Assembly (NCBI GenBank): GCA_044350705.1
Contig: JBILHA010000002.1
Location: forward strand, 30,542 to 94,541
Reading direction: 5' to 3'
DNA length: 64,000 bases
Source of the DNA: Candidatus Kapaibacterium sp.
GTDB lineage: Bacteria > Patescibacteriota > Patescibacteriia > UBA9934
The translations under genes were made by a program, and so were the position numbers. Positions within the stretch are counted from its first letter, which is position 1. Every line of letters starts with the position of its first letter. Positions 19,053-28,756 of this stretch are shown here, piece by piece. Below the pieces are notes generated by a model. The model made no database searches. It worked only from the letters and a program-made list of their open reading frames with translations, and had not been told where the DNA came from.

Positions 19053-20063
19053 TTACACCTTTCCTTGATAATGTTCTTCGTAATACGACTGATACGCTCC
19101 GGAAGTACAACGCTCAACCCATTCCTTATGCTCTTCAAACCACTTCATCGTCCTTTCTAGCCCCTCCTCAAGAGAAACGAGGGGCTCCCATCCGAGCTTT
19201 TCTTTCGCGAATGCGTAATCGATCGCATAGCGACGATCATGGCCGGGACGATCAGTGACGTAGGCGATGAAAGACTCATCACGTCCCGTAAGTGCAAGAA
19301 GTTTTTTGGTAAGCTCGAGATTTGTTATCTCGGCATCTTTTCCTCCGAATAAATACGTCTCTCCCTTTTCTCCCATGCGAAGTGCCATGTCCACTCCCCT
19401 GCAATGATCTTCGACATAAATCCAGTCTCGTACCTGACTTCCATCGCCATACACAGGAACCTTTTTTCCTGCTTTTAAGTTACGAATAAAGAGTGGAATT
19501 AGCTTTTCTGGAAAGTGAAATGGACCGTAGTTGTTTGAGCAATTGGAAATTGTCGCAAAAAGATCGTGCGTATTTACATATGCGCGTACCAAATGATCAG
19601 AAGCGGCCTTTGTAGCACTGTATGGATTCTTCGGATCGTATGGCGTGCTCTTTGAAAATGGCGGGTCGTTTGGTGTGAGTGCACCAAATACTTCGTCGGT
19701 TGAGACGTGGTGGAATCTTTTTTTATGGCGTACCGCCGCATCGAGGAGCGTTTGCGTGCCGAGTACATTCGTTCGCACGAACGGACGATTGTCTTTAATG
19801 GAGCGATCAACGTGCGTTTCTGCGGCAAAGTGCACAATAGCATCGCATTCGGCAACGAGCGCATCCATGCGTGCCTCGTCACAAATATCTGCTTTTTCAA
19901 AGCGCACGCGCGAACTCTTTACCGCATCTTCCAAGTTCTCTAAATTTCCCGCGTACGTGAGTACATCAACTGCGATAATTTCATCTTCGGGATGGGCGCC
20001 TAGTACATAATGCACGTAATTCGCGCCAATAAATCCCGCCGCACCGGTTACAAGAATTTTCAT
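19053..20063 (-). CDS. rmlB: dTDP-glucose 4,6-dehydratase RmlB
   Basis: MKILVTGAAGFIGANYVHYVL...; extended SDR with YSATKAASD (YxxxK); HVSTDEVFG; 336 aa. Confidence 0.95.
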   Translation of the reverse strand: MKILVTGAAGFIGANYVHYVLGAHPEDEIIAVDVLTYAGNLENLEDAVKSSRVRFEKADICDEARMDALVAECDAIVHFAAETHVDRSIKDNRPFVRTNVLGTQTLLDAAVRHKKRFHHVSTDEVFGALTPNDPPFSKSTPYDPKNPYSATKAASDHLVRAYVNTHDLFATISNCSNNYGPFHFPEKLIPLFIRNLKAGKKVPVYGDGSQVRDWIYVEDHCRGVDMALRMGEKGETYLFGGKDAEITNLELTKKLLALTGRDESFIAYVTDRPGHDRRYAIDYAFAKEKLGWEPLVSLEEGLERTMKWFEEHKEWVERCTSGAYQSYYEEHYQGKV

Positions 20064-20467
20064 ACTTTATTTTCTCGTCGAATTTTTTCTGCAGTTACAT
20101 GTATTTCTTCTTTGGAGAGCTGTAGTTTTACATACGAACGTGGCGCGCCCTGTTTTCTTGGCATGATATGGACGTGCGTATGCATCACTTCTTGCCCTGC
20201 CACTTCACCATGATTCATGGCAAGGTTATACCCGTCGGCGCCAACGGCACGAAGGATTGTGGGAGCAATGCCGTGCACCGCGCGCATAATCGCTTCCGCG
20301 TCTTCGCTCGAGCCTTCGGAAAGATTTTTTGCGTGCGTTTTGGGTATGACGAGCGTGTGCCCCTCGCTCACGGGGGCGATATCAAGAAATGCGAGTACCT
20401 GCTCATTTTCGAAAATGATTTCTGCAGGAATTTCTTTTGCGATGATTTTACAGAAGAGACAGGGCAT
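20060..20467 (-). CDS. HIT-family (histidine triad) nucleotide hydrolase/transferase
   Basis: MPCLFCKIIAKEIPAEIIFENEQVLAFLDIAPVSEGHTLVIPKTH... and histidine-triad HTHVHIMPR; stop overlaps the rmlB start (ATGA). Confidence 0.85.
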   Translation of the reverse strand: MPCLFCKIIAKEIPAEIIFENEQVLAFLDIAPVSEGHTLVIPKTHAKNLSEGSSEDAEAIMRAVHGIAPTILRAVGADGYNLAMNHGEVAGQEVMHTHVHIMPRKQGAPRSYVKLQLSKEEIHVTAEKIRRENKV

Positions 20468-20507
20468 ACTATAGATAAAAAAGTTAACATTTTGTCTTTC
20501 AGCGCCT

Positions 20508-21086
20508 TTATAAGAGAGAAGCTTCGAACAACATCCAAGCCGCCAAACTCATTCCATCACTTATATCTCCACTCTTTATCATCTTTCTTACATCTTCTGG
20601 TGTTAAATCTACAAAGATAAATTCTTCGGTCTCATCTGCCTCTGAAATACTTTCTTCACAGTTGGTTGCAAGGAAAACGAAACACTTTTCTGACCCTATT
20701 CCATTTAGAGGATAAAAATTCCCTAGAAATTTCAAACTTCCTGCAAGATGAGCTTCTTCGGAAAGCTCGCGTCTGGCTCCCACTTCAGGCTCATCAAATA
20801 AATCCCCGTGTTTTACACTTCCACCAGGAAACTCAATACTCTCCTCTTTGAGGGTATATCGAAACTGCTTTACGAATCTGATTTTCCCATTTGGAAGTAC
20901 GGGTATTATTTTTAATGAAGATGGGGAATCTACCACATGGTACACCCCCTCCTTCCCTGAAGGTAAAGTGAATCTTTCCCTATAAACTGAATACCAGGGA
21001 TTCTCATGAATGATTTCTTTACTATTGGGTATTGTCTTCCAAGACTTGAGCCGCATACTATCTTTTAGAGTAAACCTGCCAGCCAT
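20508..21086 (-). CDS. NUDIX hydrolase (ADP-ribose pyrophosphatase-like)
   Basis: Nudix box GGSVKHGDLFDEPEVGARRELSEEAHL; ATG at 21086 (the track ORF starts at an upstream TTG); sits in a locally AT-rich stretch. Confidence 0.7.
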   Translation of the reverse strand: MAGRFTLKDSMRLKSWKTIPNSKEIIHENPWYSVYRERFTLPSGKEGVYHVVDSPSSLKIIPVLPNGKIRFVKQFRYTLKEESIEFPGGSVKHGDLFDEPEVGARRELSEEAHLAGSLKFLGNFYPLNGIGSEKCFVFLATNCEESISEADETEEFIFVDLTPEDVRKMIKSGDISDGMSLAAWMLFEASLL

Positions 21087-21235
21087 ATCCTGCAAGGATG
21101 ATGAGCGCTGGAAACAGGATCAAAATCGGGAAAGGAAAAATAAAGGATACGAATCCCGGATGTCTCCATTCAAAAAACGCAAAAACAAAAAGCGCGAAAA
21201 ACCATGCAATAAAATGACGTGAGAAAGTGATCATA

Positions 21236-21829
21236 TTATGGTCGTCGTTCCCACAGTCCTTTGATAAACCATTTCACTTCCCCAAGGACCGAGGTATTTC
21301 GCACAAAGATAACATTGAGCGCATGAATTGTTGGCTTATTTGCTACCTCCTCCACTCCTGGAAGCGACAAGATGAGCTTATAGGCTCCGTTTTCTTTTTG
21401 CACATTTTCTACCGCAAAAGTCACTGAACCTTTCTGCCATGCTCCGTGATTCTCTTCAGGAGTAAGCGGAAGAAGTACAAAAGATTGCGTCGTAAAATCT
21501 TGCATCAACCCCAGCTCAAATTTCTGCTGATCTTTTAGGTTATATAACACATCCACTTCCATTTCATGCCATAAGCCTGCGGGAGGAGTAATCGACATGT
21601 AGAGGGGCTCATCCCTCATCGTGATACATCCCCCTTGTTCATCTGTACATTCCAGCGTGCGTACATCAGGAAGGGGGCGCCCAATGAGTATCGATGATTC
21701 ATCTGCGCGCCAGGAAATTTCTCGTGTACCCATGGGGGCAAGATAGATCCATGTCAGCAAACCGAAGAGTGCCGCCGGTAGTGCCGCCGGCAGCATCCAG
21801 GACTTGATCTCACTTGCGAGTAATTTCAT
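21236..21829 (-). CDS. Hypothetical membrane-anchored protein
   Basis: 197 aa; single N-terminal TM (LPAALPAALFGLLTWIYLAP); no recognisable family. Confidence 0.4.
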   Translation of the reverse strand: MKLLASEIKSWMLPAALPAALFGLLTWIYLAPMGTREISWRADESSILIGRPLPDVRTLECTDEQGGCITMRDEPLYMSITPPAGLWHEMEVDVLYNLKDQQKFELGLMQDFTTQSFVLLPLTPEENHGAWQKGSVTFAVENVQKENGAYKLILSLPGVEEVANKPTIHALNVIFVRNTSVLGEVKWFIKGLWERRP

Positions 21830-23459
21830 AGAGCGTCTCTTCGTTGATCGTGAGCATCGGCGTAAACACTATCCCCTTTCCCGCTAATATCTGCTCATGC
21901 AAATAGCGGAGATCTTCCTCGGGAAGAGTAATGCTGAAGTAGTAAAGCGGCGCAGCTTCCAGAAGCGAAGGAATTGCCGCGTAGGTTTGCTCGCTTCGCA
22001 AAGGTACCACTACCGCGCGATGGGGCCACAGATATTTATCTGCTCGATCAACGATAATAATCGCGTTATCAGGGGTAGCCTCAAGAACTTTTTCGCGTTT
22101 TTCTTGAAACGTTAGGAGGGCTTCTCGGGTGTGGAGCACCCCATCATCACCTGCAAATACTACCTGCGTAGAACAGGCACCCATGAGCAGCAAAAGCGTC
22201 ATCGGGAGCATTCCCGCAAGCTTTTGGGTTCGTTCGTTCTGCGCCCAGGTATATACACGATCTCGGATATAGAGAAGCGCATATGCCGTCGTAGGAGCTA
22301 GAAGAACAAACAGCGGAAGCCAGTAACGAACGTGCGAATTTCCTATGGAGATCACGGAAGGATCTGGATTATCAAAAAAGGTCCAGCTTCCGTACAAGAT
22401 CACCAGGTAAAGAAGCGCTGTAGCTGCAATAGCTAGTGCAAGTATTTTTCTCTTTTCTCGTATCCATTTTTTTCGATGAACCGTAAGGCAGAGCGCCATT
22501 CCCCATACTCCGATCACCGTCATCCATGGATAGAGCTCCACACCATACTGCCATGCATTGCGCAACGTTGCATATTCGTGAAAGCCAAAAGGAAAAAGAA
22601 ATGCACTTATCTTTGTGTACCACGGAATCTCTTGCGCAGAAACTGAAGCGCTTCCCACCTCCCACACCGCCTGATCTACGGTATAGCCCGTCGTCAGTGG
22701 ATGTCCGTACACGGCGCTATTCAACAGCAAGGCCACTCCCCCTATCGCTACCGCACCGGCAATCCAGACTCCTATTTCTTTTGGATAGCTGAAAATATGT
22801 TTAAAGAAGAGTATTCCGGCAAGAAAAATTCCCACAATCCACAGAATCTCTGAAGGGCGAATCATGATGCCCAACGCAAAGAGTGCACCTGATAAGAAGA
22901 AAATGCCCAAACGTCGTGGAGCTTTCTTTTCTTGACGAGCATAGAGAGCCGCCCATACCGCACATAAAACCAATGCTACAAAAGGAACATTTGGCATGAG
23001 TGAACGGATACCGTAGTACCACCATGCAGGATGTATTGCGAGCACCGCTACCGTCATCGCCGACCACTCTTTCGATGCTCCTCCTAAACGCATGATGCGG
23101 TACAAGGCAAAGAGTCCTCCAAGCGCAAAAAGCGGTCCTGTACTTGCCGCAAGAAAAGGACTCACCAAAAAGAGGAGGCCTGTAAGGTACGGCATGCCAA
23201 GAAATCCTGCAGGAACGATTGAGCTCCCTATCGTTACCGTACTTCGGGGATGAAGAAGACCTCGTAACACTTCATTCCTCCCCTCTCTTACCTGAGCTCT
23301 TCCGGTCTCGGCGATACGCTCAGCAAATGTCCACGTCGCATGTTCGTCAGGAGAAACGAAAAGTCCATCAGTCGTGGCAAAGGGTACCGCCAGCGTACCG
23401 AGTGAAATCGCGTAGGCAAGTGCGAGCACGCCAAGCACGCATTTCTTCCACATGGCCAT
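21810..23459 (-). CDS. Polytopic membrane protein, putative GT-C glycosyltransferase (PMT/ArnT-like)
   Basis: 549 aa, more than 10 TM; first extracytoplasmic loop carries a DE pair (VSPDEHATW) as in GT39/GT83 enzymes; arrangement typical of undecaprenyl-phosphate-sugar-dependent transferases. Confidence 0.5.
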   Translation of the reverse strand: MAMWKKCVLGVLALAYAISLGTLAVPFATTDGLFVSPDEHATWTFAERIAETGRAQVREGRNEVLRGLLHPRSTVTIGSSIVPAGFLGMPYLTGLLFLVSPFLAASTGPLFALGGLFALYRIMRLGGASKEWSAMTVAVLAIHPAWWYYGIRSLMPNVPFVALVLCAVWAALYARQEKKAPRRLGIFFLSGALFALGIMIRPSEILWIVGIFLAGILFFKHIFSYPKEIGVWIAGAVAIGGVALLLNSAVYGHPLTTGYTVDQAVWEVGSASVSAQEIPWYTKISAFLFPFGFHEYATLRNAWQYGVELYPWMTVIGVWGMALCLTVHRKKWIREKRKILALAIAATALLYLVILYGSWTFFDNPDPSVISIGNSHVRYWLPLFVLLAPTTAYALLYIRDRVYTWAQNERTQKLAGMLPMTLLLLMGACSTQVVFAGDDGVLHTREALLTFQEKREKVLEATPDNAIIIVDRADKYLWPHRAVVVPLRSEQTYAAIPSLLEAAPLYYFSITLPEEDLRYLHEQILAGKGIVFTPMLTINEETLYEITRK

Positions 23460-23463
23460 ATAG

Positions 23464-24048
23464 CTAAAGGGAATAGGTGATCACTGCAATCACGGCAAAT
23501 ACCGTTGCGAGACCAAATGTATACTCACCCGCAGCGATAAAGACGGGAAGCTGCAGGGTAATTCCTAAGAGGAGAAATCCAATGGAGACGCACTGCAAAA
23601 CCATCTTCGTTTTTCCCCATGCATTTGCCGACATGATCACTCCTCCACTTTGATTTTTTGAAAACGCCCAACGGAGCCCAGGGATCATATCCAAAAATAG
23701 TGCGAGAAATACGAGCCACGCATGGTAATACTGCAATGAAATAAGCAACATCACCGAACCTACGAGCAGTTTATCTGCAATGGGATCGAAGAAGATGCCC
23801 CAGGTAGTAATCCGATCGCGTACCCGCGCAAGCGAGCCATCGATCACGTCGGTAAAAGCGGTGAAGACAAAGAGAGGCACTGCCCAGACGTACGCCTCAG
23901 CAACGAGCAGCCATAGCACGATCGGGGTCAGCAAAAAGCGGAGCACCGTCATGTGATTCGGCTGAATAAGCTCTGGAATGAACGGTAAAATCACCGCTTT
24001 CATGAGATGATCATGGGGGTATAAACGTGGAGCTTGTTTTTCAGGCAT
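23464..24048 (-). CDS. CDP-alcohol phosphatidyltransferase family protein
   Basis: Motif D(x)2DG(x)2AR(x)8G(x)3D(x)3D present as DVIDGSLARVRDRITTWGIFFDPIADK; 194 aa, multi-TM. Confidence 0.8.
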   Translation of the reverse strand: MPEKQAPRLYPHDHLMKAVILPFIPELIQPNHMTVLRFLLTPIVLWLLVAEAYVWAVPLFVFTAFTDVIDGSLARVRDRITTWGIFFDPIADKLLVGSVMLLISLQYYHAWLVFLALFLDMIPGLRWAFSKNQSGGVIMSANAWGKTKMVLQCVSIGFLLLGITLQLPVFIAAGEYTFGLATVFAVIAVITYSL

Positions 24049-24061
24049 ACTCTATGAAAAG

Positions 24062-25939
24062 ATGGTAACAAAATCTATGCGTCGTGTCTTTTTGGGCCTT
24101 ACCCTACTCTCCTTTGTATCGCTCTTTGGCTCTGGTGTCTATTATCTCTCTTTCGTCACCCCAGGCAGCCTTGCACTCATAACGATTTTCGCTACTCTTG
24201 CCACGCTTTTGGTGGCACGCCTTGTGCCGATTGAGCAACTTGAGCAAGCGCCGATATTTGCTCGGGGCACTCCCGCCGTTTCGGGAGCACTTCTTCTTGG
24301 AGGTCTCCTCTCCCTGGGCGTATTTCTTTGGCGTGTCTTTGAAAGTCCCATCACCTCCGCTACCCGGTCGCTTTGGCTTCTTTTTCCCCCCGGTCACATT
24401 CTCTTCCTTGCCGCAGCCTGTATCGCAACGCTTCTCTTGTATCATACCTCCCCTCGATTAAGCGCATTTCTCGGAGGACTCACGGCAAGCACTACCGCCT
24501 CTCTCGCAGCCCTTCTCTTTCCCCTCGGCTTTGGCTTTGACCCCTTCCTTCACCGTGCAACTCTTGAACACATCGCCCTGCACGGAACCATTACTCCAAA
24601 GCCATTCTATTATATCGGCGCTTATATTCTTGAACTTTGGGGTCATCTTCTTTTTGCACTTCCTCTTTTCTTTTTAGATGTTCTTCTTGCGCCTCTTGGC
24701 ATCGGCCTGGTCACCTGGATAGCACTTCGCAGCAAAAGCTTTCATCCTGCAGCGCTCGCCCTCCTTCCTTTTGCAGCCTTTATCAGTACTACTCCTCAGG
24801 CCGTGAGCTTTCTTTGGGTAGCTCTTCTTGTCCTTGCACTCTGCAATAAACTTCCTCGCGTATATCTCTGGATTTTTGCGCTCGCCGCATTCGCTGCTCA
24901 TCCTCTTGCAGGCGTTCCCGCCCTCATGCTCGTTACCCTCTTTTCTGCTCAACAAACTTTCAGGAAATCCCCCCTTCCCCTTACCGTTCTTACGCTCCTC
25001 GGCATCTTCGGGATTCCGCTCATGTTCTTTGCCCAGCAACTCATCACTGGCACTGATGTCGGCTTCTCCTGGTTCACACTTACTGATTTTTCACGCATCC
25101 CTTCGCTTGGCTTCTTCGATCTTCGCGGTAAAGCACTTCTTGATAGCATCATGCTTTTTGGAGGAAATCTCTTCTTTATCACCCTTCTTCTTGCGATGAT
25201 TGGATTCTTTACGCAACGGAATACTCAGCGAGCGTACCGGGTTCCTCTCGTTCTTTCCGCAATCATTGCCATGGGAAACTTCTTTATCTTGAGCCTCGGA
25301 TTCAACTTCCCTTTTCTCATTTCTTACGAGCGCACCGATTTTGCCCTTCGTCTCATTACTCTTGCTTGGATCTTCCTTCTCCCGCTTGCATCGGAGGGCA
25401 TTCGTTTCATCATCGAACAGATTGCTCACAAGAAAAAAGAGACGACTGCAAATCGTCTTGTACAAGCGTACGGAATTGTTTTCGTAACGCTTCTTTTCTC
25501 TGCAAATGTATACGTTTCCTTTCCTCGACATGATGGCTATTCCCGATCTGCGGCTTTCAATGTCACTCCCGCTGATCAAGAAATCGTGCATCGGATTGCA
25601 GATGATGCAAAAGACGAGGAGTATATCGTACTAAGCAACCAAACGCTGGCTTCCATGGCGGTGCAGGAGTTTGGCTTCTTTCAGTATTATCACGGCAGCA
25701 TTTTCGCCTATCCTATTCCTACCAGCAGTCCCACCTACGCGCTTTTCTTGGAAATGATTGAAGGAGCACCAAATCTTGCAACCGTTGAGGAAGTAAAGCG
25801 TCTTACTGGAGCATCTCGGGTGTATTTTGTTGTTCATGATTACTGGTGGGAAGCGGATGACCGCATCGCTCAAGCAAAAAAAATAACTCATAATTGGTTT
25901 ACGTCCAACGACGGAACCATTACGGTGTTTGCATTTTAG
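24062..25939 (+). CDS. Hypothetical polytopic membrane protein with C-terminal soluble domain (possible GT-C-type transferase or polysaccharide polymerase)
   Basis: 625 aa, ~13 hydrophobic segments then a ~150-aa hydrophilic C-terminal domain; no family signature recognised. Confidence 0.45.
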   Translation: MVTKSMRRVFLGLTLLSFVSLFGSGVYYLSFVTPGSLALITIFATLATLLVARLVPIEQLEQAPIFARGTPAVSGALLLGGLLSLGVFLWRVFESPITSATRSLWLLFPPGHILFLAAACIATLLLYHTSPRLSAFLGGLTASTTASLAALLFPLGFGFDPFLHRATLEHIALHGTITPKPFYYIGAYILELWGHLLFALPLFFLDVLLAPLGIGLVTWIALRSKSFHPAALALLPFAAFISTTPQAVSFLWVALLVLALCNKLPRVYLWIFALAAFAAHPLAGVPALMLVTLFSAQQTFRKSPLPLTVLTLLGIFGIPLMFFAQQLITGTDVGFSWFTLTDFSRIPSLGFFDLRGKALLDSIMLFGGNLFFITLLLAMIGFFTQRNTQRAYRVPLVLSAIIAMGNFFILSLGFNFPFLISYERTDFALRLITLAWIFLLPLASEGIRFIIEQIAHKKKETTANRLVQAYGIVFVTLLFSANVYVSFPRHDGYSRSAAFNVTPADQEIVHRIADDAKDEEYIVLSNQTLASMAVQEFGFFQYYHGSIFAYPIPTSSPTYALFLEMIEGAPNLATVEEVKRLTGASRVYFVVHDYWWEADDRIAQAKKITHNWFTSNDGTITVFAF

Positions 25940-25964
25940 CTTTCATCGGGGAACCGCTTCACGC

Positions 25965-25996
25965 AAAAAGAGCCCTTTGGGCTCTTTTTTGTTTTT
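25965..25996. terminator. Bidirectional rho-independent terminator between convergent genes
   Basis: aaaaagagccc ttt gggctctttttt gtttttt: 9-bp GC-rich stem flanked by A and T runs. Confidence 0.7.
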
Positions 25997-26010
25997 TAGC
26001 TATTATTCGC

Positions 26011-27243
26011 TCAATTTTCTATTTGCTCTTTGGGAGGATTGCGGTGCATGATCGCATTCTGCAATGTTTCAACAAGTTTATGCGCATACGTTTCAAGCGC
26101 ATATCCTTCAACGCTTCCACGGATTTCCTCTCGCTTCTCGGCAAATTCTTCCTTTCTTCGATCCATTTCCTGCATGACTCGCTTCAGATCCTCCTCATTT
26201 CCCGGCGTAAATAGCATGCCTGTTTCGCCCTCGGTGATTAACTCTCCCACTCCTCCAATGCGCGATGCAATGACCGGCACTCCCGCCATGAGTGACTCAT
26301 AGATGACCGTGGGAGAATTCTCATAACAGAGTGAGGGCACAATAAGTGCGTCCACTACCCCAAAGACATTCGTCAACTCTTCAGGCGGCGTATACCCCAG
26401 AAAAACAATGCGCTTGTCTTTTCCCGCGGCAGCTTCGACTTCGGGTTTCATGGGCCCTGCGCCGGCAATATAAAGACGTATATCGTCCTTTACTCGCGTC
26501 AGCGCATCGAGCAGGAAGCGTAATCCCTTGTGGTACCCCAGCTGGCCTACAAAAAGCAGCTTTAACGGCCCACCCGCGCGGCCTTTACGCTTATTTTGTG
26601 CATAATTTGGCGCAGGATTTTGCATTACTACGCGTTCACTCTTCGGAAAGAAATCATGTGCATCGTATACATCCTTGAGGTACTTTGACGGGAATACTAC
26701 CAAATCAGGATTTCCGAATTTTTGCTTGCACACAAAACGATAGGCAGCATATGCGACGCGCTCAAGGAGATTCTGGCGTTCTTGTCCAAACATCATGAGA
26801 CCGGAGGGGACGATGAGCTGCAAATCATGCACCACATGCACGTGAGGAACTTGCAAATCTGCAATGACGCTCGGGATGTTTAACCCAATGCCCTTCAGGT
26901 TGTGCGTCATGACGACATCGGGCTGCTCATCTCGCAAGATACTCCGTACGTGCTCCGCTCCATGCCAAGAAGCGGCATCTTGTATATGCCAGAGCAAACG
27001 GGTGATCCAGCGATGCTTGAAGTCATCCAAGGTAAAGTACAGGTTACGCGGATAGAATCGGTAGATTCGCTCCGTACTTGATCGATCGAGCACTTTTCTT
27101 GTTCCGAGGTGCTTTGGGTGTCCGGTAATCACAAACACGTCATGGCCAAGCGCCATGAGCTGGCCCACAGTGCGAACGATGACATTCTCCGCTCCCCCTC
27201 GCGCGAAGGGAGGATAGAGGTTGGTGATTATCCCGATCTTCAT
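26011..27243 (-). CDS. Glycosyltransferase family 4
   Basis: Start ATG 27243 (MKIGIITNLYPPFARGGAENVI); GT4 C-terminal E-x7-E-like region (VIYESLMAGVPVIASRIGG); begins 2 nt after the upstream gene stop. Confidence 0.85.
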   Translation of the reverse strand: MKIGIITNLYPPFARGGAENVIVRTVGQLMALGHDVFVITGHPKHLGTRKVLDRSSTERIYRFYPRNLYFTLDDFKHRWITRLLWHIQDAASWHGAEHVRSILRDEQPDVVMTHNLKGIGLNIPSVIADLQVPHVHVVHDLQLIVPSGLMMFGQERQNLLERVAYAAYRFVCKQKFGNPDLVVFPSKYLKDVYDAHDFFPKSERVVMQNPAPNYAQNKRKGRAGGPLKLLFVGQLGYHKGLRFLLDALTRVKDDIRLYIAGAGPMKPEVEAAAGKDKRIVFLGYTPPEELTNVFGVVDALIVPSLCYENSPTVIYESLMAGVPVIASRIGGVGELITEGETGMLFTPGNEEDLKRVMQEMDRRKEEFAEKREEIRGSVEGYALETYAHKLVETLQNAIMHRNPPKEQIEN

Positions 27244-27245
27244 AC

Positions 27246-28388
27246 TTATTCGCCCAGGGTACCTTGCTCTGTGTAGGCTCGCAAGAGCGCGGCTTGTTCT
27301 TCCTGGAGGGTCGCTTCTTTGCTTATCTTTTCGTGTGCTGCCTTTCCCCATTTTCGTCGTACGTCTGCATGTTTTGCCATATACTCCATTGCGGACGTCA
27401 AACTTGCAATATTTCCCGGCTCAACATGGAGTCCCGTTTGTTCGTGTGCAACAAGCGCGCGTACGCCGGGGAGCGCACTGACAATCGACGGAATTCCTGA
27501 CGCACCTGCTTCGCGGGTTACTAGACCATAGGCCTCCGCGCCGCTTACCGAAGGCAACACGTGTACATCAGCCGCTTGGTACATTTCGGGCAACTCTTCC
27601 GCGAGGACCCCTCCCCAAAATGTCACTCGCTCTTTCATGCCGAGCTCTTTCGCGAGCTGTTCATAGGTGTCGCGCAAATCGCCATCGCCTACCAGCCAAA
27701 GCTTTGTTGCTCCCGTCTGCTCCATTTTTGCATATGCATGCAGTAAAAGGGGTACACCCTTAAATGCATGCGCCCTATCCATTCCTCCTACAAAGAGAAA
27801 AACGCATGTCTCCTCAGAAGTGCCACGTGCTATTCTTCGCTCGGTGTTTCTCCGAGGCATAAACCGGCGATCATCGACCCCAAAGGGTACTACACGTATT
27901 TTTTCTTGCGGAAGATTGAGGAGCTCTCCGTATTCTTGCGTACTCACGCAAATGACATCAGCGAGGTATTTTACGAGCGGCTCTTCAACCCAACGGTGTA
28001 CAGCAAAAAGCGCTCTTCTTACCCACGCCCTTGGCTCTGCCTGTGCTCTCATGTGCCAAGAAATCACCAAGTGCTTTTTTGCGTATTTCGTCATGAGCGC
28101 CACGGGAAGCGCGGTTCCAAAAAAGGGATAGTGGATATGCACCACTTCCGCGCCGGAAATCTTTTCTCGCAGAGGCTTCCAGGGGAGCACTGCAGCATTT
28201 CCCCAGGCGTACCAGGGATCAAGAAGCGTTACCCACTCTTCTTGCGTAGCCTCCTTTCTTTTGTATCTTGGCGTCATGACCCGCACTTTATGTCCTGCTT
28301 CTCGTATAAGACTCACCTCTTGTGCCGCAACTGAACCCATCCCTCCTTTGTAGGGCGGATAGACGGGGCTCAACACGAGAATATGCAT
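27246..28388 (-). CDS. Glycosyltransferase family 4
   Basis: MHILVLSPVYPPYKGGMGSVAAQ...; GT4 C-terminal block (PSVSGAEAYGLVTREAGASGIPSIVSALPG). Confidence 0.85.
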   Translation of the reverse strand: MHILVLSPVYPPYKGGMGSVAAQEVSLIREAGHKVRVMTPRYKRKEATQEEWVTLLDPWYAWGNAAVLPWKPLREKISGAEVVHIHYPFFGTALPVALMTKYAKKHLVISWHMRAQAEPRAWVRRALFAVHRWVEEPLVKYLADVICVSTQEYGELLNLPQEKIRVVPFGVDDRRFMPRRNTERRIARGTSEETCVFLFVGGMDRAHAFKGVPLLLHAYAKMEQTGATKLWLVGDGDLRDTYEQLAKELGMKERVTFWGGVLAEELPEMYQAADVHVLPSVSGAEAYGLVTREAGASGIPSIVSALPGVRALVAHEQTGLHVEPGNIASLTSAMEYMAKHADVRRKWGKAAHEKISKEATLQEEQAALLRAYTEQGTLGE

Positions 28389-28397
28389 ACTCTTTTC

Positions 28398-28754
28398 TTA
28401 CTCTCCTCTTTCTCCTTCCTTCTTCACGGGAACTTTCGGATGCTGAAGAGCGATCTGTCGAACTAATTCCGTTATTTCTTCTTGCATCTTTTGCGTGCGC
28501 ACAAATAAACGGTATACCGCGTAGAGCAATACGAGTACCGCTGCGTACACAAACAAGTCTGCTCCTCGCTCTACTCCCACCGCTTGAGCTACTCTGTCTG
28601 TTGCGCGTGGAATAATCGCGGCGATAGCAATCACCGTCCAAAGTGCCGAGAACGCCAAAAGCCAGTATCGAGAAACGATCTCTTTTTTATACTGTCCGTA
28701 GGTACGAACAATGATGAGGAGCGCAAAAAGAACAATGCTTATTTGAAATACCAT
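28398..28754 (-). CDS. DUF2304-like small membrane protein (usually partners polyprenol-phosphate GT2)
   Basis: 118 aa, MVFQISIVLFALLIIVRTYGQYKKEIVSRYW..., two TM; size and N-terminus resemble DUF2304 proteins found next to DPM-synthase-like GT2 genes; the next gene is such a GT2. Confidence 0.5.
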   Translation of the reverse strand: MVFQISIVLFALLIIVRTYGQYKKEIVSRYWLLAFSALWTVIAIAAIIPRATDRVAQAVGVERGADLFVYAAVLVLLYAVYRLFVRTQKMQEEITELVRQIALQHPKVPVKKEGERGE

Positions 28755-28756
28755 AT

